64,000 nucleotides of DNA from Candidatus Eiseniibacteriota bacterium. GTDB taxonomy: Bacteria; Eisenbacteria; RBG-16-71-46; JABDJR01. Each line of letters starts with the position of its first letter. The stretch's first letter is position 1. Shown piece after piece: positions 18,484 through 27,847 of the stretch. The translations under genes and the position numbers were made by a program. Location of the stretch: positions 416,001 to 480,000 of the forward strand of contig CAWANH010000029.1 in NCBI GenBank assembly GCA_963783375.1. The letters run 5' to 3'. The notes under the pieces are model-generated. The model worked only from the letters and a program-made list of their open reading frames with translations. It was not told the DNA's origin and did no database searches.

Positions 18484-21023
18484 AGCAGACGATTCTGCGC
18501 CGGCCGGCGGGGTGGGCCCCGGCGGCGCTCGTGGCGATGCTCATCCTCGGTACCGGGGCCCGGGCGGTCGCGGCCCCGATCCCCGCTCCCCCGGGGGCCG
18601 GATCCGGACTGCTCCAGACCCTGGCCCGCAGCGGAGTGGGCTGGACCGCCGGTCCGGACCGGCCCGCGGCCGGAGCGCGGACCGTCGCCGCCGTGACCCC
18701 GGTTCGCGTGCTGATTCGGGGTACGGTGGATCCCGCGGCCATCGTGGCCCGGGGGGGGCGGGTCTTCACCCGCGCCGGGGAGGTGTTGACCGCGGAGATT
18801 CCCCTGGGAGAGGCCATCGCGCTCACCCGGCTCCCCGGGGTGCGGTTCGTCTCGCTCTCGGCTCCGCTCCACTACGACCTCGACGTGTCGGTGCCCGCCG
18901 TCGACGCCGACACCCTTCGTCAGAGGCTCGGGAAGGACTGGACCGGACTCACCGGAGCCGGGGTGGTGGTGGGCCTGGTGGACAGCGGCCTCGATGTGCA
19001 TCAGCGCGATTTCCAGAATCCCAACGGAACCACCCGGGTCAAGTACTACTGGGACCAGACCGACCTCGAGGGACCGCGACCGGTGGTGGATGGGACGACC
19101 CTCTACGGTACCGAGTGGACCGCGTCCCAGATCGACGCCGGGACCGACCGGACCGCGGACCGGGACGGGCACGGAACCCACGTGGCGGGCATCGCCGCCG
19201 GGAACGGGCAGGCCTCCCAGGTGGACAGCCTCCGCTACCGCTACGCGGGAATGGCTCCGAATGCGGACCTCATCGTGGTCTCCGCGGTCAACGAGTCGGG
19301 GAACGTGATCGACGCGGTGAACTACGTGTTCAGCCGCGCCCAGGCCCTCCTCCGTCCCGCGGTGGTGAACCTTTCCCTGGGCTACCATCTCGGGCCTCAT
19401 GACGGAACCGGTCCGCTGGCCGCCGCCCTGGACGCTCTCGCCGGCCCGGGGAGATTGATCGTGGCCGCGGCGGGAAACGACGGGGACAGCCGGGTCCACG
19501 CCGAGCTTCACGTTCCGGCGGGGGGCAGCGACAGCGCGACGGTCACCATCCCCGCCTACACGCCGCTGATCGGGGAGAACGACTACTTCGCGGTCAACGG
19601 CTTCTACCGGGTCCCCGACTCCCTGTCGGTGACCCTGGTGAGTCCGGCGGGGGCGCGCTACGGCCCGATCCGGCTCGGCGAGGTCCAGACCGATCTCCTG
19701 ACCGACGAGGGGACGGTGTACCTGGCCAACATCGATACCGATCCGGTGGGAACGAACCTGGAGATCCAGATGGATGTGAGCGACTTCGATCCCGGGGGGG
19801 GCGGGGCCGGCCTTCCCCCCGCACCGGGGGAGTGGAGGCTCGTCTTCCGGGACCTGAAGGGGTCTCCCGGCGGGGGAGAGGTCGATCTCTGGATCACCGC
19901 GTCGAACCCCTTTTCCGTCGGCTGGGATCGGGGCTTCGATCCCACCGAGGAGGTGGAGTCTCCCGCGGTGGCCGAGCGGGTGGTGGCGGTGGGGTCGTTC
20001 ACCACCAAGACATGCTGGGTCAAGGCGTCCGGAGAAACCCGGTGCTTCACGAACGTGGCCCCCGAGGACACGGTGTTCGGAGCCATCAGCTTCTTTTCGA
20101 GTCACGGTCCCACCCGGGACGGGCGCCGGAAACCCGAGGTGGTGGCGCCGGGATTCGGGGTGGTCTCGAGCCTCTCCAACCAGATCAGCGACGAGTTGCT
20201 CACCCGGTACCAGATGCCCGAGCGGATGACCCCGGACCTGGAGCACTTCATGTTCGCGGGGACCAGCGCGTCCGCCCCGCATGTGGCCGGGGCCCTGGCG
20301 CTCCTCCTCCAGCGGGATCCCACCACCGATCCCGAAACCGCCCTGGGCAAGCTTGTCGCCTCGGCCCGGACCGACGCCTTCACCGGCCCGACCTGGGACA
20401 CCGCCTCGGGATGGGGAAAGCTCGACACGGCTCGCCTCGTGGCCCCCGACCTGGTGCCGGTCACCGCGCGCGTGCTCCGGATCCTCACCGCGGCCGACGG
20501 GCGGCCCGAACTCCGCTGGCAGGCGGCGGAGGCGGATCCAGTGGTCCGTTTCCGCCTGGAGAGCCGCGGCGCCGGCGATCGGTGGCGGGAGCGGGGAGAG
20601 TTCGACGGTCCGGGGCCGCACCGCTGGATGGATCCCGAGGGAACCCCGGGCGCCGCCTATCGGCTGAGCGCATGGCTGCGGACCGGGGCCTTCACGACCT
20701 GGGCCGAAGGGGTCTGGGCGGGGGAATCGCTTCCCCCGAGACTCGTCCTGGGGCCGGCGCATCCGAACCCGGCCCGGGGCGTGGTGGCGGTCTCCTTTCG
20801 CCTGGCCGGGGCGGCGGCCCGCCGCCTCCAGGCGGAGGTCGTGGATGCGGCCGGGCGCAGGGTATGCTCCCTGGGCGGCATCAAAACGGACGGGGGAGGC
20901 GGGGGCGAGGTGCGGTGGGACGGTCGCGACGCCGCGGGGAGGCCGGCCGCCGCCGGCCTGTACTGGATCCGGGTGCGGACGGGATCCCTGGAGGGGACGG
21001 CGCGGGTGATCCGGTTGCCCTGA
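18480..21023 (+). CDS. Secreted S8 subtilisin-like peptidase with inserted domain and FlgD/T9SS-like C-terminal domain
   Basis: Signal peptide; triad GLVDSG, DGHGTHVAG, AGTSASAPHVAG; C-terminal HPNP...WDGRD...GLYWIRV. Confidence 0.88.
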   Translation: MKQTILRRPAGWAPAALVAMLILGTGARAVAAPIPAPPGAGSGLLQTLARSGVGWTAGPDRPAAGARTVAAVTPVRVLIRGTVDPAAIVARGGRVFTRAGEVLTAEIPLGEAIALTRLPGVRFVSLSAPLHYDLDVSVPAVDADTLRQRLGKDWTGLTGAGVVVGLVDSGLDVHQRDFQNPNGTTRVKYYWDQTDLEGPRPVVDGTTLYGTEWTASQIDAGTDRTADRDGHGTHVAGIAAGNGQASQVDSLRYRYAGMAPNADLIVVSAVNESGNVIDAVNYVFSRAQALLRPAVVNLSLGYHLGPHDGTGPLAAALDALAGPGRLIVAAAGNDGDSRVHAELHVPAGGSDSATVTIPAYTPLIGENDYFAVNGFYRVPDSLSVTLVSPAGARYGPIRLGEVQTDLLTDEGTVYLANIDTDPVGTNLEIQMDVSDFDPGGGGAGLPPAPGEWRLVFRDLKGSPGGGEVDLWITASNPFSVGWDRGFDPTEEVESPAVAERVVAVGSFTTKTCWVKASGETRCFTNVAPEDTVFGAISFFSSHGPTRDGRRKPEVVAPGFGVVSSLSNQISDELLTRYQMPERMTPDLEHFMFAGTSASAPHVAGALALLLQRDPTTDPETALGKLVASARTDAFTGPTWDTASGWGKLDTARLVAPDLVPVTARVLRILTAADGRPELRWQAAEADPVVRFRLESRGAGDRWRERGEFDGPGPHRWMDPEGTPGAAYRLSAWLRTGAFTTWAEGVWAGESLPPRLVLGPAHPNPARGVVAVSFRLAGAAARRLQAEVVDAAGRRVCSLGGIKTDGGGGGEVRWDGRDAAGRPAAAGLYWIRVRTGSLEGTARVIRLP

Positions 21024-21077
21024 GCGTGGGCGGTGAGGGCGTCCCGGCGGGGACGGAATCCTTGAAGGGAGAGCGGC

Positions 21078-21719
21078 ATGAAGGCGCGGTGGTCGACGAC
21101 GGTTGTGCTCTTTACGTTCATGGCGGCGGGGACCGCGGCGGCCGAGGTTCCGCCTCCCCCCAGTCCTCACGTCTACGTGACCCCCACCGTGGGCATCTGG
21201 CGATGGGACGAGAAGGCGGTGGACGGTTCCCGGCTCAACGACCGCTCCGGCCTGGTCTGGGGGGGGCGGGCCGGCTACAGCCCCATCGAGGCGTTCTCGG
21301 GCGAGCTGGTCGTACTCACCGGCACCAACGACTTCCGGCGGGGAGGCGTCGCATTCAGCGCCCGCCTCACCCAGGTGGAGCTTTCCTTCGTGGTGAACTT
21401 CCGCTCCCTGGTCGACGCCCCGGTCTACCCCTTTCTCGACCTGGGCTCGGGGATTTCCGCTCGCCGCGCCGGCACGGGAGGAGAATCGGTGGAGGGGGTG
21501 AACGCCTCGCACCTCGACTTCCATCTCGGAGGGGGCGTCAAGGTGGATCTGGGCCGCCTGATCGGCATCCGCCTGAACGTCCGGGACACCTTCTTCACCG
21601 AAACCCAGGGAAGCGGGGACGCCAGGGACCAGACCACGGTGGACTCGGTCGAACTCTCGGGGGGTCTCGAATACCGGTTCGCGCTGGGGAAGCGTCACGG
21701 TCCCCGCCGGCTCCGCTGA
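21078..21719 (+). CDS. Outer membrane beta-barrel protein (OmpA-like membrane domain)
   Basis: Signal peptide, amphipathic beta strands, ...SGGLEYRF near C-terminus. Confidence 0.72.
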   Translation: MKARWSTTVVLFTFMAAGTAAAEVPPPPSPHVYVTPTVGIWRWDEKAVDGSRLNDRSGLVWGGRAGYSPIEAFSGELVVLTGTNDFRRGGVAFSARLTQVELSFVVNFRSLVDAPVYPFLDLGSGISARRAGTGGESVEGVNASHLDFHLGGGVKVDLGRLIGIRLNVRDTFFTETQGSGDARDQTTVDSVELSGGLEYRFALGKRHGPRRLR

Positions 21720-21752
21720 CCGCCCCTCCCCGTGGGCAAATTACGCCGAGCA

Positions 21753-21781
21753 TTGACAAATTCCGAAACAGTTCATAGCTT
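21753..21781 (+). promoter_or_regulatory. Near-consensus sigma70 promoter
   Basis: TTGACA-N17-TAGCTT in an AT-rich patch. Confidence 0.75.
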
Positions 21782-21786
21782 AGAAG

Positions 21787-21966
21787 GTAGTGAGCTGCCC
21801 ACACCGGCCGGTTTGGGGGAGTGTCGGGGTGGCAAGGAAGGGCAAGGCAGCAGCGGTCGGATCCTGTGTTTCTCGACCTCCTTAGCGACAGGAGCCGGCT
21901 GTGTCCCGACCCCGCCCCGACCCCCCCGTTCTTCGTCTGCGCGGGGGCCCCTCCAGGGGGCCTTCG
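21787..21966 (+). ncRNA. Candidate structured small RNA with anti-SD loop (family unassigned)
   Basis: Follows a strong promoter; long imperfect hairpin with loop containing ACCTCCTTA; 3' GC hairpin; no convincing ORF. Confidence 0.5.
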
Positions 21967-22090
21967 TACGCCCCCGAACCTCCGCGAACATCCTCGGGAA
22001 GCCTCGCCCCCCCGTGGGGGTATGTCCCCTGACCCCGGTGAGATCATCTGCTACCATGATGGGTCGGGAGGCTTGGATCGGCTGTTACCC

Positions 22091-22561
22091 ATGACCTGGA
22101 AAATAACCCAACGACTTCTGGCACTGGTCCTGGTCGTGGCTCTCGGAGCCCCTTCCGGCTGTGCGAGCGGACCCAAGACATTGGGCCGAAAGGATCTCGT
22201 CCATCCGGAGCCCGCCCGGGCCTATCACGTTTCTCTCACCGACGGGCGGACGATGACCCTCATCTCCCTGCACCTGGAGGGGGAGTGGTTGATGGGAACC
22301 CAGAGGATCACCGAATCGACGACGGAGGGAACGGGGGAAGAGGCAAGGACCAACGTCACCAACCGGTATGAGGAGGTCAAGATCCCCTGGTCCGAGGTGG
22401 CCGGAGTGGCGGCGGACCGCGGTTCGAACCGGGACTCCTCGGTATTTCTCGCCGGGGCGGCCCTGTTGGCCGGGGTGGCCGCCTTCCTCCTCCTGAGCGG
22501 GAATTCGAACACCGCCCCCACCACCGGGGGTGGCGGAGGCGGAGGCGGAAAAGACTTTTGA
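22091..22561 (+). CDS. Hypothetical lipoprotein with C-terminal hydrophobic helix
   Basis: MTWKITQRLLALVLVVALGAPSGC signal with lipobox-like Cys; extended -10 TGCTACCAT upstream. Confidence 0.65.
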   Translation: MTWKITQRLLALVLVVALGAPSGCASGPKTLGRKDLVHPEPARAYHVSLTDGRTMTLISLHLEGEWLMGTQRITESTTEGTGEEARTNVTNRYEEVKIPWSEVAGVAADRGSNRDSSVFLAGAALLAGVAAFLLLSGNSNTAPTTGGGGGGGGKDF

Positions 22562-22646
22562 TCGACGGGCCGGACGGCCGGAGGGCTTCCGGTACGGGTA
22601 CCCAGGCCGCCCGGGGCGGCCCGTAGTGAACCCAAAAGGAGAGAAC

Positions 22647-22979
22647 ATGGCGAAGCATCTGCTCGATCTTTCGGACTCCAACTTCTCGGCGACGCTCGAG
22701 CAGGCGGAGGTTCCGGTGATGGTCGATTTCTGGGCCCCGTGGTGCGGGCCCTGCCGGCTGGTGGCTCCGATCGTGGAGGAACTGGCCGAGAGCTACTCCG
22801 GCCGACTCCAGGTTGGGAAGCTCAACACCGACGAGAGTCCCTCGGTGGCCGCCCAGTACAACATCCGGTCCATCCCCACCCTGCTCTTCTTCAAGAAGGG
22901 CCAGGTGGTGGGCACGGTGATCGGTGCCGTCCCCAAGGACAAGCTCAAGCAGAAGGTCGAAGAGGTCCTGGGCAACTGA
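22647..22979 (+). CDS. trxA: Thioredoxin
   Basis: VDFWAPWCGPC, IRSIPTLLFFK; AAAGGAG SD. Confidence 0.97.
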   Translation: MAKHLLDLSDSNFSATLEQAEVPVMVDFWAPWCGPCRLVAPIVEELAESYSGRLQVGKLNTDESPSVAAQYNIRSIPTLLFFKKGQVVGTVIGAVPKDKLKQKVEEVLGN

Positions 22980-22993
22980 CCGCCCGGCCTTTC

Positions 22994-23039
22994 CGGCGCG
23001 CCCCGAGCGTCTTTCGACGCCGGGGCGCGCCGTGTTTTT
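22994..23039 (+). terminator. Intrinsic terminator after trxA
   Basis: CGGCGCGCCCCG...CGGGGCGCGCCG stem followed by TGTTTTT. Confidence 0.75.
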
Positions 23040-23049
23040 GCCCCGCGCA

Positions 23050-23078
23050 TTGAGGGAGGGTCGGAGCCGTGTTAGCGT
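23050..23078 (+). promoter_or_regulatory. sigma70-type promoter for methyltransferase-bsh operon (probably leaderless)
   Basis: TTGAGG-N17-TAGCGT with TG extension; -10 ends 7 nt before ATG 23086. Confidence 0.5.
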
Positions 23079-23085
23079 CTCTGCC

Positions 23086-23835
23086 ATGATTGCCTGGTAC
23101 GATCGGGCCTTCGGTCCCTGGTACTTGAAGCTCTACCCGCACCGGAACCTCGAGGAGGCGGAGCGGGCGGTGGGCACGATCGATGGGTTCCTGCCCTCCG
23201 GGGGCCGCTGTCTCGACGTCGGCTCCGGGGCCGGCCGGCACCTGGAAGCGCTCCGCCGGCGGGGGTTCGACGCGGTGGGCATCGACCGCTCCTCGGCCCT
23301 CCTCGCCGAGGCCTCGGAGCGGCGGCCGGCGCGCGACCGGTTGGTTCGGGGCGACATGCGCCGCCTTCCGTTCCCCGACCGCGCCTTCGACGCGGTCCTG
23401 AGCATGTTCACGAGCTTCGGCTATTTCGAGTCCCGGGCGGCCCACGCCCGGCTGCTGATCGAGTTCGCCCGGGTCGCCCGGCCGGACGCAGTCCTGGTCC
23501 TGGACTACCTGAACGCGCCCGAGGTGAGGCGGGGGCTCGTCCCCCGATCGAGCCGGCGGGTGGAGGGATACCTGGTGGAGGAACGGCGCCGGATCCTCAC
23601 CCGCTCCGACGACGAGGCGGTGGTGAAGGAACTCACCATCGTCGGTTCCGACGGAGATCCGGAGGAGCGCTACCACGAGGAGGTGGCCCTCTACGACCGG
23701 GACACCCTGATAGCCCTCTGCGCGGGCGCGGGCTGGCGGGAACGGGTGAGTCTCGGAAACTACGGCGGCGCTTCCTGGACGCCCGAATCCCCGCGGCTGC
23801 TCCTGGTGGCCGACCGCGAAGGGCGCGGGCGGTGA
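23086..23835 (+). CDS. Class I SAM-dependent methyltransferase
   Basis: CLDVGSGAGRH motif I, GIDRS, RGDMRRLPF, FDAVLSMFTSFGYF. Confidence 0.88.
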   Translation: MIAWYDRAFGPWYLKLYPHRNLEEAERAVGTIDGFLPSGGRCLDVGSGAGRHLEALRRRGFDAVGIDRSSALLAEASERRPARDRLVRGDMRRLPFPDRAFDAVLSMFTSFGYFESRAAHARLLIEFARVARPDAVLVLDYLNAPEVRRGLVPRSSRRVEGYLVEERRRILTRSDDEAVVKELTIVGSDGDPEERYHEEVALYDRDTLIALCAGAGWRERVSLGNYGGASWTPESPRLLLVADREGRGR

Positions 23836-25343
23836 AGTCGCCGCTCGCATCGCGGCCGCTTCCGGACCCGGTCCCCGAGCGCCTGTACGCCGATAGCCCC
23901 GGCCCCAAACACCTTGCCGCAGAACTCCTGGACCGCTGGCGGGAGAGCCTGGGACGTTGGGACGCTCCCGGTCCGGTCCGCGCCGCTCTCGACCGGCTGG
24001 CCGATCCGGAGACCGCGGTGGTGGTGACCGGACAGCAGCCCGGGGTCTGGGGAGGGCCGCTCTACTGCGTGTACAAGGCGGCCACCGCGGTCGAGACCGC
24101 CCGGCGGATCCAGGCCGAGACCGGCCGCACCGCGGTGGCGGTGTTCTGGATCAACGCCGACGACACCGACTGGGACGAGGTGGGGTGGGGAACCCTGCCG
24201 CGGCCCGACCTCGATCTCTACCGCACCCGCTGGAAGACCTCGCCGGTGGGTTCCCGGCGCTGGGTGGGCGGGGCCCGGCTCGCCCGTCCCGAGGGGGCGG
24301 GCGAACTGTTCGCGGCCTGGGGCGGCGGGGGACCGCTTCTCGGCGCCCCGATCACCGAGGAGCCGGCGGAACTGGGCGATTCCTTCGCCCGCGGTCTCCT
24401 GACCTGGTTCGGTGATCGCGGCCTCATCCCCCTGGATGCCCGCTGGCCCGAGGTGCGGGCGGGTGGGGAGCGACTCTGGTCGCGTTACCTCCCGCGTCAC
24501 TCGGCCATCGCGGGCGAGGTGCTGGCCGAGGGGGAAGCCCTGGCGGCGGGGAGCGGCGCGCCCTCCCTGGACGCTGAGGCGGCCGACCACGGGCTGTTCC
24601 TGCTCGAGGGGGACCGCCGCATGGAAATCGACCCGGACACCTGGGACGCCGAAGTGGGAGCGCGGCTGGAGGCGGGACGGGCCGCGGAACTCGCGCCCTC
24701 GGTGCTCCTTCGGGCGCCGCTCCAGGATCATCTGTTCGGCACCGTCGCCCACGTGGTGGGGAAGGGCGAGGCCGCCTACCTCCGCCAGCTGGCCCCGGTC
24801 TACCAGGCGCTCTTGATCCCTCCTCCGATCCGCCTTCCGCGGCTCCACGCCACCCTGGTTCCCGAGGGGCTCCTTCCCCTCGAGCGGGCGGCGGGGATCC
24901 TCGTCGATCCCGAGAGCTGGCTGGCCGAGCGGGCCCGGGAGCGGGTTCCCGATCGCGCGCTCCGCATCCTGGGGGAGGCGCGCGGCGGCGTGGCCGACCG
25001 GCTGCGCGATTTCGCCGAGGCTTCGGCGGAGTTCCAGAAGGACGTGGGGGACCTCGCCGAGTCCGCCCGCCGCAAGATCGACGGCCAGCTCTCCCGGCTG
25101 GAGGAGAGCCTGGACCGGCGGGCCCGCCAGGATCTCTACCGGGACGAGCCGGCGCTCCGCGGGCTCCCCGAGTTCCTCCGCCCGCGGCGGGAAGACCAGG
25201 ATCGGGGTCTCTCCGGCGCCACCCTGGCCCTGGCCTGGGGCGATGAGGCCCCCCGGCGGGTGCTCGCCTCGGCCCGGGCCCACCTCGACCGGCTGGCCGA
25301 GGGAACGCTCCACCACTTTGTCCTGGAGGGTCCCCGTGTCTGA
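23832..25343 (+). CDS. bshC: Bacillithiol biosynthesis cysteine-adding enzyme BshC
   Basis: VVTGQQPGVWGGPLYCVYKA, VFWINADDTDWDEV, PSVLLRAPLQD, GKGEAAYLRQL; bsh context. Confidence 0.85.
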   Translation: MKSPLASRPLPDPVPERLYADSPGPKHLAAELLDRWRESLGRWDAPGPVRAALDRLADPETAVVVTGQQPGVWGGPLYCVYKAATAVETARRIQAETGRTAVAVFWINADDTDWDEVGWGTLPRPDLDLYRTRWKTSPVGSRRWVGGARLARPEGAGELFAAWGGGGPLLGAPITEEPAELGDSFARGLLTWFGDRGLIPLDARWPEVRAGGERLWSRYLPRHSAIAGEVLAEGEALAAGSGAPSLDAEAADHGLFLLEGDRRMEIDPDTWDAEVGARLEAGRAAELAPSVLLRAPLQDHLFGTVAHVVGKGEAAYLRQLAPVYQALLIPPPIRLPRLHATLVPEGLLPLERAAGILVDPESWLAERARERVPDRALRILGEARGGVADRLRDFAEASAEFQKDVGDLAESARRKIDGQLSRLEESLDRRARQDLYRDEPALRGLPEFLRPRREDQDRGLSGATLALAWGDEAPRRVLASARAHLDRLAEGTLHHFVLEGPRV

Positions 25344-26055
25344 CGTCCTCGCCATCGCCCCCCATCCCGACGACATCGAGCTTTCCGCCGGAGGCACGGT
25401 GGCGCGGTTGGCCGCCGCCGGGCGCTCGGTGGTGATGGTGGATCTCACCGCGGGGGAGCGCGCGACCCGCGGCACCCCGGCGATCCGGGCCGGGGAAGCG
25501 GCGGCCGCCGCCGACGCCCTGGGGGCGGCGGGGCGCGAGGGGCTGGGGTTTCCCGACGGCGGTCTCTCCCGGCGGGACCCCGATCAGATGAAGGCGGTGG
25601 TGGAGGCGATCCGTCGCCACCGTCCGCGGCTCCTGATCGGGATGCACTGGAACGACGACCATCCGGACCACGTGGAGGCGGGGAGGATGGTGCGCCGGGC
25701 CGCTTACCTGGCCGGTCTCCGGAACTTCCCCGAGCCGGGCCGGGAGCCCCACCGGCCGGCGCGCGTGCTCTTCGCCATGGGACGGCGCCCGTTCGTTCCC
25801 TCCCTGGTGGTGGACGTTACCGCCGCCTACGACACCAAGCGCCGGGCGGTTGAGGCCTATCGAAGCCAGTTCCATCGCGAACCCGGCGATGCGCTGGTGA
25901 CCCCGATCTCCGAACCGGAGTTCCTCCTCCGGATCGAGGCTCGCGACCGGTACTTCGGAGGGATGATCGGGGCCCGGTTCGGCGAGCCCTTCTTCGAGGT
26001 GGGACCGGTGGCGGTCCGGACGGCGGCGGCGCTCATGGAGGAGGACCCGCATTGA
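25336..26055 (+). CDS. bshB1: Bacillithiol biosynthesis deacetylase BshB1
   Basis: PHPDDIELSAGGT, DLTAGE.TRG, DHPDH, AYRSQF. Confidence 0.88.
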   Translation: MSDVLAIAPHPDDIELSAGGTVARLAAAGRSVVMVDLTAGERATRGTPAIRAGEAAAAADALGAAGREGLGFPDGGLSRRDPDQMKAVVEAIRRHRPRLLIGMHWNDDHPDHVEAGRMVRRAAYLAGLRNFPEPGREPHRPARVLFAMGRRPFVPSLVVDVTAAYDTKRRAVEAYRSQFHREPGDALVTPISEPEFLLRIEARDRYFGGMIGARFGEPFFEVGPVAVRTAAALMEEDPH

Positions 26056-27164
26056 GAGTCGGAATTTCCTGCTATCCCACCGAGGGGGGGAGCGGGGTGG
26101 TGGCCACCGAACTGGGCAAGGCCCTGGCCCGCCGAGGGCACCAGGTGCACTTCATGACCTCGAGCGTGCCGGTCCGGCTCCGGAGCTTCGAGGAGAACAT
26201 CTTCTTCCACGAAGTGCGCCCCGAGAACTACCCCGTGTTCCTGTACCCACCCTATTCCTTGTCCCTGGCCGCAAAAATGGCCGAGGTGGCCACGGCCTAC
26301 GATCTGGACGTCATTCACGCCCACTACGCCATGCCCCACGCCGCCTGCGCCTACCTGGCCCAGCGCATGCTACGGAAGCAGAAGGTGAAGACGGTGACCA
26401 CCCTCCACGGCACCGACATCACCCTGGTGGGGCAGGCCCCGTCCTTCTACCCGGTCACCAAGTTCTCGATCGAGGAGTCGGACGCGGTGACCGCGGTGAG
26501 CGCGTGGTTGCGCGACGAGACCCATCGGATCTTCCACACCGACCGTCCCATCCACGTGATCCCCAATTTCGTGGACAGCGACACCTTCCATCCCGGACGG
26601 AGCCGGGCCAAGCGATGCCAGCTGGCCGCCGATGACGAGAAGATCATCCTCCACATCTCCAATTTCCGGCCGGTCAAGAACCTGCCCGCGGTGGTGCAGG
26701 TGCTGGAAGGCGTGCGCCGCCGGGTCCCCGCCCGGTTGGTGATGGTGGGGGACGGCCCCGAGCGGATCCCCACCGAACGCCTGGCGCGGGACCTCGGACT
26801 GGCCGAGCACGTGGCGTTCCTGGGAAACCAGGAGTTCGTCGAGGACATCCTGCCCCTGGCCGACGTCTACCTGCTTCCCTCCCTCCACGAGAGTTTCGGG
26901 CTCACCGTGCTGGAGGCGATGGCGGTGGGGGTGCCGGTCATGGCCACCAACGTGGGGGGGACGCGCGAAGTGGTGGTGGACGAGACGACCGGATTTCTTC
27001 GCGATCCCCACGACGTGGAGGGGATGGTGGCCGCGCTGGTGCGGCTCTTCACCGACCCGTCCCTGGCGAAGCGCATTTCCGAGGCCGCGACGGCCCGGAC
27101 CCGGGAGCACTTCCAGGTGGAGCACATCCTGCCCCGCTACCTGGAGGTCTACGGGGATTGCTGA
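26052..27164 (+). CDS. bshA: N-acetyl-alpha-D-glucosaminyl L-malate synthase BshA
   Basis: GISCYPTEGGSGVVATELG, HAHYAMPHA, TTLHGTDITLVG, HISNFRPVK, ESFGLTVLEAM. Confidence 0.95.
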   Translation: MRVGISCYPTEGGSGVVATELGKALARRGHQVHFMTSSVPVRLRSFEENIFFHEVRPENYPVFLYPPYSLSLAAKMAEVATAYDLDVIHAHYAMPHAACAYLAQRMLRKQKVKTVTTLHGTDITLVGQAPSFYPVTKFSIEESDAVTAVSAWLRDETHRIFHTDRPIHVIPNFVDSDTFHPGRSRAKRCQLAADDEKIILHISNFRPVKNLPAVVQVLEGVRRRVPARLVMVGDGPERIPTERLARDLGLAEHVAFLGNQEFVEDILPLADVYLLPSLHESFGLTVLEAMAVGVPVMATNVGGTREVVVDETTGFLRDPHDVEGMVAALVRLFTDPSLAKRISEAATARTREHFQVEHILPRYLEVYGDC

Positions 27165-27847
27165 GACGGCCCCTTGATTCCCGCGGCGGCGAGGACGGCG
27201 AAGGCGGTGTTCCGGCCCGGAGCGCCGGCCGATCCCCGATGGGAGTGCAGGAGGTGCTGATGGCACCGGGTACAGGGACCGGGTGCGGAAATCGATCGCT
27301 CCGCCACCCCGGCGCGAGCGAGGCGTGCCCGGGCCTCGGCCCGAAGATCCACGTGAGGGCGGCGGCCGGGGCGGAGAAGCACCGCCGCGTCGTCGAAGCG
27401 CGTCGCCACCTCCGGACCCACCTCGAAACAGCACGGTCCGATGGCCGGGCCGAGGATGGCGTGGAGGGTATCCGGACGATGAAAGCGGGCGACCGCGTTT
27501 TCCAGCACCCCTCCCACCAGGCCCCGCCAGCCCGCGTGGATCATCGCCGCCGCGCCGTCGGGGGAGGCGAGAAGCACCGGGAGGCAGTCGGCCACGCGCA
27601 CCGCGATCAGCAGACCCGGGGTCCGGGTGAGGACCCCGTCACAGGCGGGAACGATCCCGGCCGCCTCCGCGTCCCGGACCACGGTCCCGTGCACCTGCTC
27701 CAGGCGGACCCGGGGCCGACCGGCAAGTGGTCCGGGCGCTCCGGGGCGGAGGGCCCGGCCGACCACCCCGAAATCCGCGATACCCGGGGGGAGCGGCCGG
27801 TGGCGCAGCACGAGAACGTCTTCCTCACAGCTCCAGGTCCAGCTCAT
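27149..27847 (-). CDS. pgeF: YfiH/PgeF (laccase-domain, purine nucleoside phosphorylase) family protein
   Basis: QVHG, ADCLPVLL, HAGWRG, GPAIGPCCFEVG, CTRC...SHR. Confidence 0.88.
   Translation of the reverse strand: MSWTWSCEEDVLVLRHRPLPPGIADFGVVGRALRPGAPGPLAGRPRVRLEQVHGTVVRDAEAAGIVPACDGVLTRTPGLLIAVRVADCLPVLLASPDGAAAMIHAGWRGLVGGVLENAVARFHRPDTLHAILGPAIGPCCFEVGPEVATRFDDAAVLLRPGRRPHVDLRAEARARLARAGVAERSISAPGPCTRCHQHLLHSHRGSAGAPGRNTAFAVLAAAGIKGPSQQSP

Noticed and set aside
15526-21698. Very long antisense and alternative-frame ORFs (980, 1160 aa and similar elsewhere)
   Set aside because: Shadow ORFs expected at high GC opposite well-supported genes; no recognisable motifs.
21830-21860. SRP RNA (GGAAGG...AGCAG resemblance)
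   Set aside because: The conserved domain IV CAGG...GGAA...AGCAG hairpin geometry is absent.
21829-21885. 18-codon ORF MARKGKAAAVGSCVSRPP* with an upstream GGGGGAG
   Set aside because: Many A/T-ending codons unlike this genome, and it lies within the RNA stems; RPP is not a recognised RAPP/RAGP arrest motif. Not excluded without Ribo-seq.
22525-22550. GGCGGA tandem repeat
   Set aside because: Simply encodes a short glycine run.
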